Part shown: positions 54,671 to 64,000 of the stretch, in pieces
How positions within the stretch are numbered: position 1 is the first letter of the stretch
How the letters are laid out: each line of letters starts with the position of its first letter
Source: Mayamaea pseudoterrestris
Taxonomy: Eukaryota
DNA length: 64,000 nt
Reading direction: 5' to 3'
Assembly: GCA_027923505.1 (NCBI GenBank)
Contig: BROI01000007.1
Span: 806,001 to 870,000 of the forward strand
The notes under the pieces: generated by a model
Database searches by the model: none
What the model saw: the letters and a program-made list of their open reading frames with translations, nothing else
What the model was told of the DNA's origin: nothing
Position numbers and translations under genes: made by a program

Positions 54671-57569
54671 CTACCTTGACGATGACCACTCATCGCAATC
54701 AGAGTAGGACGACCGAGTTGAAACTGTACACAACCATGTTGGCATTTCATCAGGAACGACTTCTTCAACGTCGTCCAGCTCTAACGCAATGTCATGATCA
54801 TCCAATATTGTGGATAAAATGGCGCTAGCATTGTCATCATCTTCTTTCTCGCTTGTGCAGCTATGCAAGTTTACTCGCGTTGCACCCACTGATATCCTTG
54901 GCAAACTCAAGTCCTCTGACGTGGCTCTGCTAGTTTGCGAACCGATGTCTTGTGCCCCTCCGCTACTTACATCCAGCCCATGCTTTCCTACCTTATCCAG
55001 CTCATTGAACTCACGCTGTATCCTTCCTCGGCGCTTCTTCCGATAGGACACGGATGCGGCCAATCCTGCTGCAAGTAAGCCAAACGTACCAAGGGCTGCC
55101 GCAGCAAATGGAAGAATTGAGTGTTTCTCCTCGGAGGCAATGCCTGCCGTAGAAGCGGGAACATCAACAGTCGAGTATGAGATAGAGAGCGTTGCCGAAA
55201 ATGGATTTGTTGGTGGCAAAAGGCTGAGATCAGATAGCAACTCTTGAACAGCTGGTGGCGAAAGTGCGGTCGATACAAGTATATCAATGTCGGATTGGGT
55301 AGGATACTCAAATAACCCGCCAGGAAAAGTCACTGTCAATCCCAGGCCAACCTCGGAAGAGCCCGCGGAAGCTGTACTTCCTATTGTAGATACTGTAACA
55401 TCCAGAGGAGATGACACGCCCAGGCTCAAGGAGTTGTTGATGGCCGTTTCGATGTATGCGCTCGCCGCGCTCACAGCTTCGTCAATGTCCGTCTGCGCCG
55501 GCGTCACCGATGCTTGGAGTGTAAATACCACAGAAAAAGCTGTAGCATCAACACTGACAGTCTCACCAGTGGGGCCGGTAGATCCACTTGGTCTGAAACT
55601 GATAGCGGGTGCCAAGGCGGGTGGCACTGATCCTGAAGGTCCTGGAGTGACCGTCGGCACGATGCTGACGCGAGAAGGTGAGGTTGATGCCGTCGGGCCG
55701 GTTGGTGTTAAGCTAGTGATACCTGTAATCGTAGAGGGTACAGTGGAAGGTGCTTGCGTAGTAGAAGTTGGTACCTCCGACGCTGAAGGACGTGGAGACA
55801 CTGTAATTTGCGAAGGTCCCGGGCTAGCAGTGCTTGCAGATGGAACTCTGGAGGGTGCTTGCGTGGTTGTGGTCGGTCTCTGTGACGCAGATGGGCGTGG
55901 CGAAGGTGTTGGAAGCGTAGGTCGCTGACTATCTATCACTGAACCTGCAGTAGGCACAGATGAAGGCGTTTGGAAAGTAGTGCTCGGTCCCTCCGAGACG
56001 GAAGGACGCGGTGAACTCGACGGAGCAGGAGCGGAGGTGCTTGACTCAGCTGATGGGACAACGGACGGCACCTGAGTAACTGTAATCGGCGTTTCAGTTG
56101 TCGTGGGGCGCGGCGAGGCCGCAGACGGGGTAGAGCTGGGAACTTCGGTCACCGTTGGTCGAGGCGAAATGGAAGGGCTTGTGGGCGAAGCACTACCGGA
56201 AGGAATGGGCGATGCGCCGCCTTGGGAGGGTGAATTTGAAGCACCAGATGGCGCTAGTGACTGCGTTGGACGCCGTGTCAATGTAGTCGGTTCTTGTGAA
56301 GACGTTGGGAAGGTCTGAAAAAGAAAGAGGTCAGATGAGTATTACGCGATACACAAGTAAAACAAGGCCATTATGTTGAACCTACCGATGGGCTACTCGA
56401 AGCTTGGTTTTGACTTGGCGTTACTGAAGGCACCCTGGCTATTCTCGACGGCGACGCAGAACGCGACGGCTCCGACGAAGCAGTCGCTGCTTGCAAACTT
56501 GGTGCCAAAGATACGGTAGGCCGTCGAGTTTCGGTGGAAGGAGACACAGAAGCCGAAGGTAATCCAGAAGGCGCCGATGAGCTCGATGGCGCAGACGATT
56601 CTGTCTCAATCAAGCTTGATGGAGGCACACTCGGTGAAACAGAGCTAGTTGGTCGTCGGGTCGTCGTGGAAGGTGAGCTGGACAGTGATGGAACAGTTGA
56701 TGGAGCTACGGAAGCGCTAGGCATTGCCGCGGAATGAAGTGTTGGACCGGAACTCGGTGACAGGGTCGCTTGAGAAATGCTGGAGGTTGGCGCCGGTAAA
56801 GGTGATGGCGCCGATGGAACAACCGATTCGGAAGTGCCCGGAGCAACAGTCAGAGCACTCGGTAGCAATTCTGTCGACGGTGCTTCCGTCATTAAGCTCG
56901 ATGTAGGAACAGGACTAGAACTTGGTCGTAGCGTCATCATATTCTTCCTTGTCGGCGACAATGACTTAGGCGCTGCCATTCTCATCGTTGGAACGCTTGA
57001 GCGCATGACGAGAGATTGAGGCCGCTTGTGGGGCGCTTTGGTGTGAACTGATGTCGGTCTCTTCATGTGTGGTCGAGTCGGGGTTCGCGTTGGTGTTTGC
57101 GTTTCAATGAGTGAAGGAGGTTCAATGCAGTCGTCTATCAATTATAAGAAGGTCAGTGGATTGCATGGATCAAACAAAAAGTAGCACACAAATTCGAACA
57201 ACTCAACTTACCAAAGACGAAATATGTTCCATCGCTGTTCCACTGAATGCATCCACCATAACGCAAATTAGTACCTGCTTTGCTGGAACTTTTCTTGCTG
57301 CCTTTGATTCCTTTTATTTTGCTTCCTTTACCGACCCCTTTGCTTGATTTTAGCGATGACACTCCTTTTGAGGTGTATGGAAGTTCCACTTCATGTGGCG
57401 GGAATGGTACCGCGTACGAGTCCTGCCCATTACCTGGAAGGGGCGGTAATTTGTATGAATGCAAACGCCGCGATGGTCGCAACACCGACTCATTTGCAAG
57501 TGATCCATAGACTTTGAATAGAAAAAGAACAAGCGCCAGGAGTCCCTGGCTGTGGCTGGTTGGTGTCAT
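54671..57569 (-). CDS. Mucin-like Pro/Ser/Thr-rich type I membrane protein (paralog A), at least 3 exons
   Basis: Signal peptide, RRL, Lys/Ser/Gly patch, PSxxP repeats, SEA-like juxtamembrane block, and a TM followed by RKKRR. Introns ~57211-57135 and 56385-56315. Confidence 0.8.
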
Positions 57570-58191
57570 ATGTTGAGAATGCGTGCGCTCTCGGCGGCGA
57601 GCAATCAACGTGACGGCAATCGAGGCGCGACCGCAGCGGAACCAATGACGGAAAGAAGCTGAGCAATTAGCTATACAGCACTGCTGCCTCTATATGTCGT
57701 CGTTGTTGTTGTTGTTGCCTGAGGCCTCTCTTGTTGATTTCTGGTACACCGATGCTGAAGCTGCTGCAACACACTGCTGCCGACGTCTTGAGTCTTGTTG
57801 CGGGAGATGGGGATTGTGCTCACAAAAATGTTGCCCGTGCGCACGGCGCAAGTGCAGCTCAAAAATTTTTGGTCCCTTGGCGCATCTCTAAGAACTCAAA
57901 TAGAGTCTTCGATCTGTGTCTGTGTCTTGTTGTAGAGTGGTCCACTCGCTGAAAATTGATCGTGTTTGCAGAGCTAGACGGCGCGTCGTTCGCAGGATGG
58001 TGAAATGATGCTGCGACATCAAGTCGAACATCTCCTTACAGTCCCGCCGAGACCCACATGTAAGCTTTTATTGACAAAGTACATTCTTTTACCATATAAA
58101 GCATTGCACTATTAATATACATTAACCGCATAAACGACTGCTCAAATCAGCTGATCTGTTAGCGGACACCAAGAAGCAAGAAAGTGATCGG

Positions 58192-61100
58192 CTATGGATC
58201 GTTTCTCACCGAGCGATCTGACTCGAATGTTGAGGATGCATCAAATTCTCGTATGCTGGCTCTCACAAAATTTTCAAAGGATTCGCGGGAGGCGTCATCG
58301 TCAGATTGTGATTGCCCTTCCACCCAGTCGCTGCAGTCATCAGTCTTGTCGCCCACAGTGTGGGCTTTATTGAAGCTTCCATCGTTTGTTAATCGCCTCC
58401 TTCTAGCAACGGTCACAGCTCCTAGCCCTGCCACGCACATTGCGAATGCTCCGGCGAGAGCACCAATGACAGGTATTGAAACATTCGGCTCTTCAGCGCT
58501 CGATGCCTCTGTACTCTCCTCGGATTTCGGCACCACCATGGCAGAATATGCAACACTATCCACTGATGAAATGGGATTTGCTGACACCATGTTCTCTAAA
58601 AGCTCCACCAAGTTGTCAACACTTGGAGATGAGAGTGCTTCTTTGATTAGTGCATCCAACTCAGCCTTGCTTGGAATCTTGGCGGAATCGTCTGAAAAAG
58701 TTGCTGTGAGGTCAAATCCAGTTCCAAATTGTTTTGCTGCACCAGTGTTGCCGAGGGCAGTGACCGTGACACTGAGAAGCGTCGTCGTCTTCTTCTTCCG
58801 AGATTCATAATATTTGATAAAGTAGTTGCGCAGAAAAGCCTGGACAACAGCAGCTGCTGCACTATAATCTTGGTCTGCTGGTGACGCTTTTGCTTCGACC
58901 GGCATGGAATAGAGTACAGCAAAACTGGTAGCGTCGACTGGACTGCCAACAGTTGCTGCTGCCGCGAGAGCCGTCGGGACTGGGGTTGTACCCGTCGGCG
59001 ACAGTGATCGTGTCGGTGAAGTAGTACCCGCCTGTGCAAGAATGGAAAGTTAGAAGATTGATGGTGCAACGCAATTAACTGACTTTGATGCGTATCATTT
59101 CTTACCGATGTTGTTGGTGCTGCTGTCGTTGGTACAAGCGCAATGGAAGGAGTTGCTGTCTCGCCAGTCCCTGGTGCAGCGCTCACAGTCGGGGTAAGAA
59201 CATTTGAAGAAGGCACTCCTCCACCGATCGTTGTGGGAACGGCGGTAGCAATACTGCTAGTTGGTACCGAGCTCGCAGAAGGCGTCAATGGTACTGACGG
59301 GGCACCCACAATAGTCGGGGTAGAAGATCCTGTTCCAATTGAAGATGGGCTGACACTTACTGTAGGCACGGCAATACCAGTAGCAGGACTTCCTGTAGCT
59401 GCATTGCTCGAAGGTGCGATACTTGTCGTGGGAAGAGGAAGCACGGTCGGACCACTTGGTGCTGTCGTGCCAGGGCTTATCGTACCCAAAGTTGGAGCAC
59501 CAAGGACGCTGGGAGCTTGACTTATTGTCGGACCCGCAACTCCTGACGGAGCCGCGCTGATTGAAGGTGTTATTGAGAGCAAAGAAGTCGGTGCACGTGT
59601 TCCAACTAGTGGAGTTGTTGGAGCAGGACTAACTGTGGGAACAATAGTGCCTCCAGTGCTGGGACTGATACTCGGTGCCGTGCTCGTGCTGGGCTGGGGC
59701 GAAACCGTGGGAAAGCTTGCCGAAGAAGGCACTGCCGAGATACTCGGTGAAGCGGAGACACCCGAAGGCGCAGAACTGATTGTTGGAAAAGATGTTGCTC
59801 CACCGATACTGGGTCCTGCAGAAGGTGCTGGCGAGGTGGTGGGAAACGCTGCGAAAGAAGGTGCCGACGATATACTTGGTGTCACCGTTCCGGTGCCTGC
59901 TGCTGATGGTGCTACCGATGGCGCTGCAGATGGTGCCACACTTAATCCAGTTGGTGCATTGGTTGTACTTGGTCGAGCTGTACCTCCAGTTGTTGGAACA
60001 GATGTTGGGAATTCTGGGACTAGCGTCCCAGCCGTTGGCGTTCCCTGCGAGGTTGGCGTCGCGGTTGGCGCAGCAGTCAGTGGCGCTGTAGGCTGCTCAG
60101 TTGCCAGTCCCGGCGTTGGAACTGTTGTTGGAGTCACTCCTGGTGCTTCGGTCTCGGTTGCGGATGGAATAGGCGTTGCATTCGGTGCCGCGACTGTTGG
60201 TGCTGATGGCGTTACAGCGGTCGGCGATGTAGGCGCAGATCCTCCGGCTGTTGGCGCTGACGTCGCTGATGGTGTTGATGGCCTTCCTGCAGTAGGCGCT
60301 GAAGGCGCCGATGGAGCGGATGGCGCTGATGGCCCCCCAGCAGAAGGTGTCTCAGGCTCGTTAGTATTCAACGAAGTCGGTACAATCGTCGATTCTGGGG
60401 CGGTGGGAGCGCCAGTGGGAGAGTTGCTAGGCGAAGTCGTCGGAGACTTTGACGGGACGGTTTGCTTTCTGTAATAGTAGCAGTCTGTGGGAGAAATACA
60501 TATAGCATGTGAGAGAATTGAATGATATCAGAAGCAAACACATATTTCTCGCATCTACTTGCCTGCATTGCCACCTCCTCCACTGACACTGACACTGCCG
60601 CCACCACCTGAGACTGATCCTTCAGGTGGTGGCGGTGGTGGACCTTTGCTGCTCTTACTTCCTTTGCCGCCGATATCTTTTTTGCTACCCTTCAATCTTC
60701 GACCCCCTCGAGGGAAGCAAATAACCTCCCAGTCGCCTCCTTCCTTCCCTTCAGGCCATGATGAATCAATCATGTTCGATGCCGATCCAGTGCTTGGCAC
60801 ATAATTCTGTCCACCTGAACTACCACTTGATTCGGTGTTTGTGTAACCGTTTCCACTGGTGGTTCCGGATCCCCCACCAACAAATCCCTTGCCACCATAA
60901 GCGCCACTGTATGGGTCGGGCTGTTCGTACGTATATCCTGGTAAATGGTACGAGCCTGGCATCGCTGCACCATCCGCCGGTGGAGGTGCCATTTGGCCTT
61001 GGTCTCCGCCGCCGCCGCCATCTCCATTGTTGAATAGAAGGCCTCGTCGCTCTGTGCCTTTCAGTCGATGCTCTATCATATTTTGACTTGCTCGAATTGT

Positions 61101-61202
61101 CCTTGATTGCTTCAATTTGCTGGCGTCTGATACATGGTTGATGGCGCAGCAGCACACGCTCAACCAACCGAGAACGGCGAGCGTCCGAGAGCTAATCGCC
61201 AT
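58192..61202 (-). CDS. Mucin-like Pro/Ser/Thr-rich type I membrane protein (paralog B), 3 exons
   Basis: Signal peptide, RRLKGSKK..GKGSKSSKG, APT/APS repeats, a block homologous to paralog A (VDAT.F..., P...D.L...ALS, NP.S), and a TM followed by RRRR. Introns ~60562-60485 and 59105-59032. Confidence 0.8.
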
Positions 61203-61423
61203 GGTCTTGAGTGATTGTTTGCTGATTAGAATTACTTGCACTTGATTTTGTTGTCGTCTATAAGCTTGCAGTCGTCTCTTTTGTAGACGCAAACACGAGA
61301 CGATAATCGTCGATCCGATCTTGGGAACAAAAATGTGAGGGTCGATGTTCGATCCGTTAAATCAAAAATTCGAAAGAAAATGTTAAAACGTCTTCACGTC
61401 GGAGCGTTACTGGAGTAAGCACG

Positions 61424-61453
61424 GATCGAACGCGAAACGATCGAACGCGAAAC
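61424..61453. repeat. 15-bp tandem duplication (GATCGAACGCGAAAC)x2
   Basis: Seen directly, upstream of paralog B. Confidence 0.8.
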
Positions 61454-61904
61454 GCTCATCGAGTCGTCGCCAGATTCATCATCGATCAAGCCTTTCTCAC
61501 GGCTTGAATACGAAGAAACAAACGAGATGAAGAATTAAAAGTACGGATCTCGATCATACGCGACGAGATGATAAAGGAGCTACCGTTAGTTGACGATGAG
61601 GACAGGCCGTGAGCGAATAAGGTCAAAGAATGAAGGAAACGGACTAATGCTTGCTTGCGCCTTTTCAGCTCGCTATTTTTCATTTGATGGAGGGAAAGTA
61701 GGCTACAATTAATCACACTTGTGTGCTGAGATTGATGCAAGCTCATTCGCAAAGAGTGGTGACAGCGCAGCGAGACGATGATGAGGAGAGCCAGAAAACT
61801 AAATGAACACAATCTATAATTATATATCTACAAATTCTATCGAAAGGCAATCAAAAACTCCACGCAGGCGTTTCGAGCATGCCGCACTATTACAAACTTG
61901 ATGC

Positions 61905-64000
61905 TCAATAAAACTCCAAGTCGGCGCTGTCGCTTCCGGTTGCGATAATGCTGCTCGAAGGCGACAAGATAGTCGTTCGCTTTGTTTGTATTGCTGCCTG
62001 TGGTATCCGTCTGCTGGACTTGCGACTGCGAACCATGATTGCGGCACCGACACTTACAAGCGCAAGCAGTGCTGTCGCTGCTGCAGCACCAATCAATGGA
62101 ATGGACGATGACGCTGATGCGCTGTTTTCAGTTTTGTCCCCAGCAATAGACGGCTGCACCTCGAGGCTTTTTGAGACGGTCAAAGTGTTTGTTACGGCAG
62201 CATTTCCTGGCGAAGGCATTGCTGAAGTGGATGGCGCGCTTGATACTGAAGGAAACAATGATGGTGACGTAGAAACTGACGGAGCATTTGATATTGAAGG
62301 AAATAATGACGGAGGCACAGATATTGATGGAGAATTTGAAATGCTTGGCATAGCACTGATCGACGGAGAACTTGATATTGATGGAGAATTTGAAATGCTT
62401 GGCATAGCACTGATCGACGGAGAACTTGATATTGATGGGGACGTTGAGATGCTGGGTTGATTGCTGATCGATGGTGTGAGCGACGGTGCAGCTGAGCTGG
62501 TCGGTGATTGCGATACGCTTGGGGCCTGGCTTGGTCTAGCACTTGGGGTGACTGGTTGTTTTGACGGTATTTGAGAAGGTTGCCTTGACGGTTGCCTTGA
62601 CGGTTGGTTGATCAGTGATGGTGTGCTAGACGGCTGCCTTGACGGTTGGTTAATATTTGTCGGCTGAGAAGACGGTACTCGAGAAGGTTGCCTTGACGGT
62701 ATGTTGATCGCTGTTGGTGTGCTAGAAGGCTGTTTTGAAGGTTGCTGTATGGCCGTTGGCTGAGAAGATGGTACTCGAGATGGCTGCCTTGACGGAATGT
62801 TAATCGCTGTTGGTGTGCTAGAAGGCTGCTTTGAAGGTTGCTGTATGGCCGTTGGCTGAGAAGACGGTACTCGAGATGGCTGCCTTGACGGAATGTTAAT
62901 CGCTGTTGGTGTGCTAGAAGGCTGCTTTGAAGGTTGCTGTATGGCCGTTGGCTGAGAAGACGGTACTCGAGACGGCTGCCTTGACGGAATGTTAATTGCT
63001 GTTGGTGTGCTAGAAGGCTGCTTTGAAGGTTGCTGTATGGCCGTGGGCTGAGAAGACGGTACTCGAGAAGGTTGCCTTGACGGTTGGTTGATCGCTGTTG
63101 GTGTGCTAGAAGGCTGCTTTGAGGGTTGGTTTATAGCCGTTGGCTGAGAAGACGGTACTCGAGAAGGTTGCCTTGATGGTTGGTTGATCGCTGTTGGTGT
63201 GCTAGAAGGCTGCCTTGAAGGTTGGTTCGAAGCTTCTGGTGGGCTGGATGGCCTTCTTGAGGGCCGCACCGAAGGAATTACGGATGGCCGCAACACAGAG
63301 GTGGGTTGATTTGATTCCGTGCTTGGTGTCTGCGATGGCCGGTTGGAAGCGTTTGGCTGGCTGGATGGCCTTTCTGATGGTCTGACAGAGGGAACAGCGG
63401 ATGGTCTTGAAAAAGTGGTTGGTTGATTTGACTCCGTGCTCGGTGCTGTCGACGGCTGCAATACAGTGGTCGGTTGATTTGATTCCGTGCTTGGTGCCTC
63501 CGACGGCTGGTTGGAAGCATTAATGGTTGTTGGCACGTTTGAGGGTGTCAATGACGGGACTCCAGATGGTCTTGAAACAGTTGTTGGTTGATTTGACTCC
63601 GTGCTCGGTGCTGTCGACGGCTGGTTGGAAGCATTAATGGTTGTTGGCACGTTTGAGGGTGTCAATGACGGGACGCCAGATGGTCGCGCCACTGTGGTAG
63701 GTTGATTTGATTCCGTGCTTGGTGCTTGCGATGGACGAAAAACAGTGGTCGGTAGATTAGACTCTGTGCTTGGTGCCTCCGACGGCCGATTGGAGTTGCT
63801 AGTTGTTGTCGGCCCGTTTGAGGGTTGCACTGAAGGGACCTTTGATGGCTGCAGCACTGTTGTTGGCTGATTGGATTCCGTGCTCGGTGCCTGTGACGGC
63901 CGTAACAAAGCAGTCGGTTGATTCGATTCCGTGCTTGGTCCCACCGACGGTCGATTAGACGGCGGCGACGAAGACTCAATACTTGAGGGCTTCTGACTCG
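61905..64000 (-). CDS. Mucin-like Pro/Ser/Gln-rich membrane protein (paralog C), 5'-truncated by window edge
   Basis: PSxxPS repeats followed by TM IPLIGAAAATALLALVSVGAAIMV and RSRK. Confidence 0.8.
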   Translation of the reverse strand, partial: SQKPSSIESSSPPSNRPSVGPSTESNQPTALLRPSQAPSTESNQPTTVLQPSKVPSVQPSNGPTTTSNSNRPSEAPSTESNLPTTVFRPSQAPSTESNQPTTVARPSGVPSLTPSNVPTTINASNQPSTAPSTESNQPTTVSRPSGVPSLTPSNVPTTINASNQPSEAPSTESNQPTTVLQPSTAPSTESNQPTTFSRPSAVPSVRPSERPSSQPNASNRPSQTPSTESNQPTSVLRPSVIPSVRPSRRPSSPPEASNQPSRQPSSTPTAINQPSRQPSRVPSSQPTAINQPSKQPSSTPTAINQPSRQPSRVPSSQPTAIQQPSKQPSSTPTAINIPSRQPSRVPSSQPTAIQQPSKQPSSTPTAINIPSRQPSRVPSSQPTAIQQPSKQPSSTPTAINIPSRQPSRVPSSQPTAIQQPSKQPSSTPTAINIPSRQPSRVPSSQPTNINQPSRQPSSTPSLINQPSRQPSRQPSQIPSKQPVTPSARPSQAPSVSQSPTSSAAPSLTPSISNQPSISTSPSISSSPSISAMPSISNSPSISSSPSISAMPSISNSPSISVPPSLFPSISNAPSVSTSPSLFPSVSSAPSTSAMPSPGNAAVTNTLTVSKSLEVQPSIAGDKTENSASASSSIPLIGAAAATALLALVSVGAAIMVRSRKSSRRIPQAAIQTKRTTILSPSSSIIATGSDSADLEFY
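62575..63225 (-). repeat. Coding minisatellite, 96-bp period (32 aa), about 6-7 units
   Basis: GCTGTTGGTGTGCTAGAAGGCTG recurs about every 96 bp from ~62710 to ~63190. Further 54-bp (62320-62430) and 114-bp (63511/63625) repeats are nearby. Confidence 0.9.

Noticed and set aside
55287..60474. Long plus-strand Gly/Val/Ala-rich ORFs (55287-55928, 58184-58810, 59635-60474)
   Set aside because: Antisense mirrors of Pro/Thr/Ser-rich coding sequence.
1..64000. tRNA/rRNA genes
   Set aside because: None recognised by eye; tRNAscan-SE or Infernal would be needed to exclude them.

Overview
This window is gene-dense eukaryotic DNA, most likely from a diatom (probably pennate). The evidence is short GT-AG introns, a fucoxanthin-chlorophyll LHC gene with an AAAFAP plastid-targeting motif, C-terminal HSF domains, a DUF6824 protein and CoDi-type retroelements. 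It holds about 24 host genes. The accessory region is 3.3-18.7 kb, where a type II membrane-protein gene has been hit by two LTR retrotransposons 183 bp apart and tail-to-tail. The first is a decaying Ty1/Copia (CoDi-like, 6701-13531) with non-TG/CA LTR ends, a degenerate half-tRNA-type PBS, multiple internal PPT copies, an in-frame gag UGA-C stop followed by a predicted stem-loop (candidate programmed readthrough), and a hydrophobic membrane-like segment at the start of Pol. The second is a very young, single-ORF, 4.7-kb Ty3/Gypsy (13715-18428) with identical 142-bp LTRs and a perfect 5-bp TSD. It has no tRNA-type PBS, and a 12-bp palindrome sits in that position. A degenerate ~160-175-bp tandem array with a TATA-like core and a hairpin lies at 4.4-5.1 kb. 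The window ends in a tandem cluster of three Pro/Ser/Thr-rich single-pass surface proteins, two of which carry RxL and KxxK silaffin-like motifs. All calls come from reading motifs by eye; no database searches were run.
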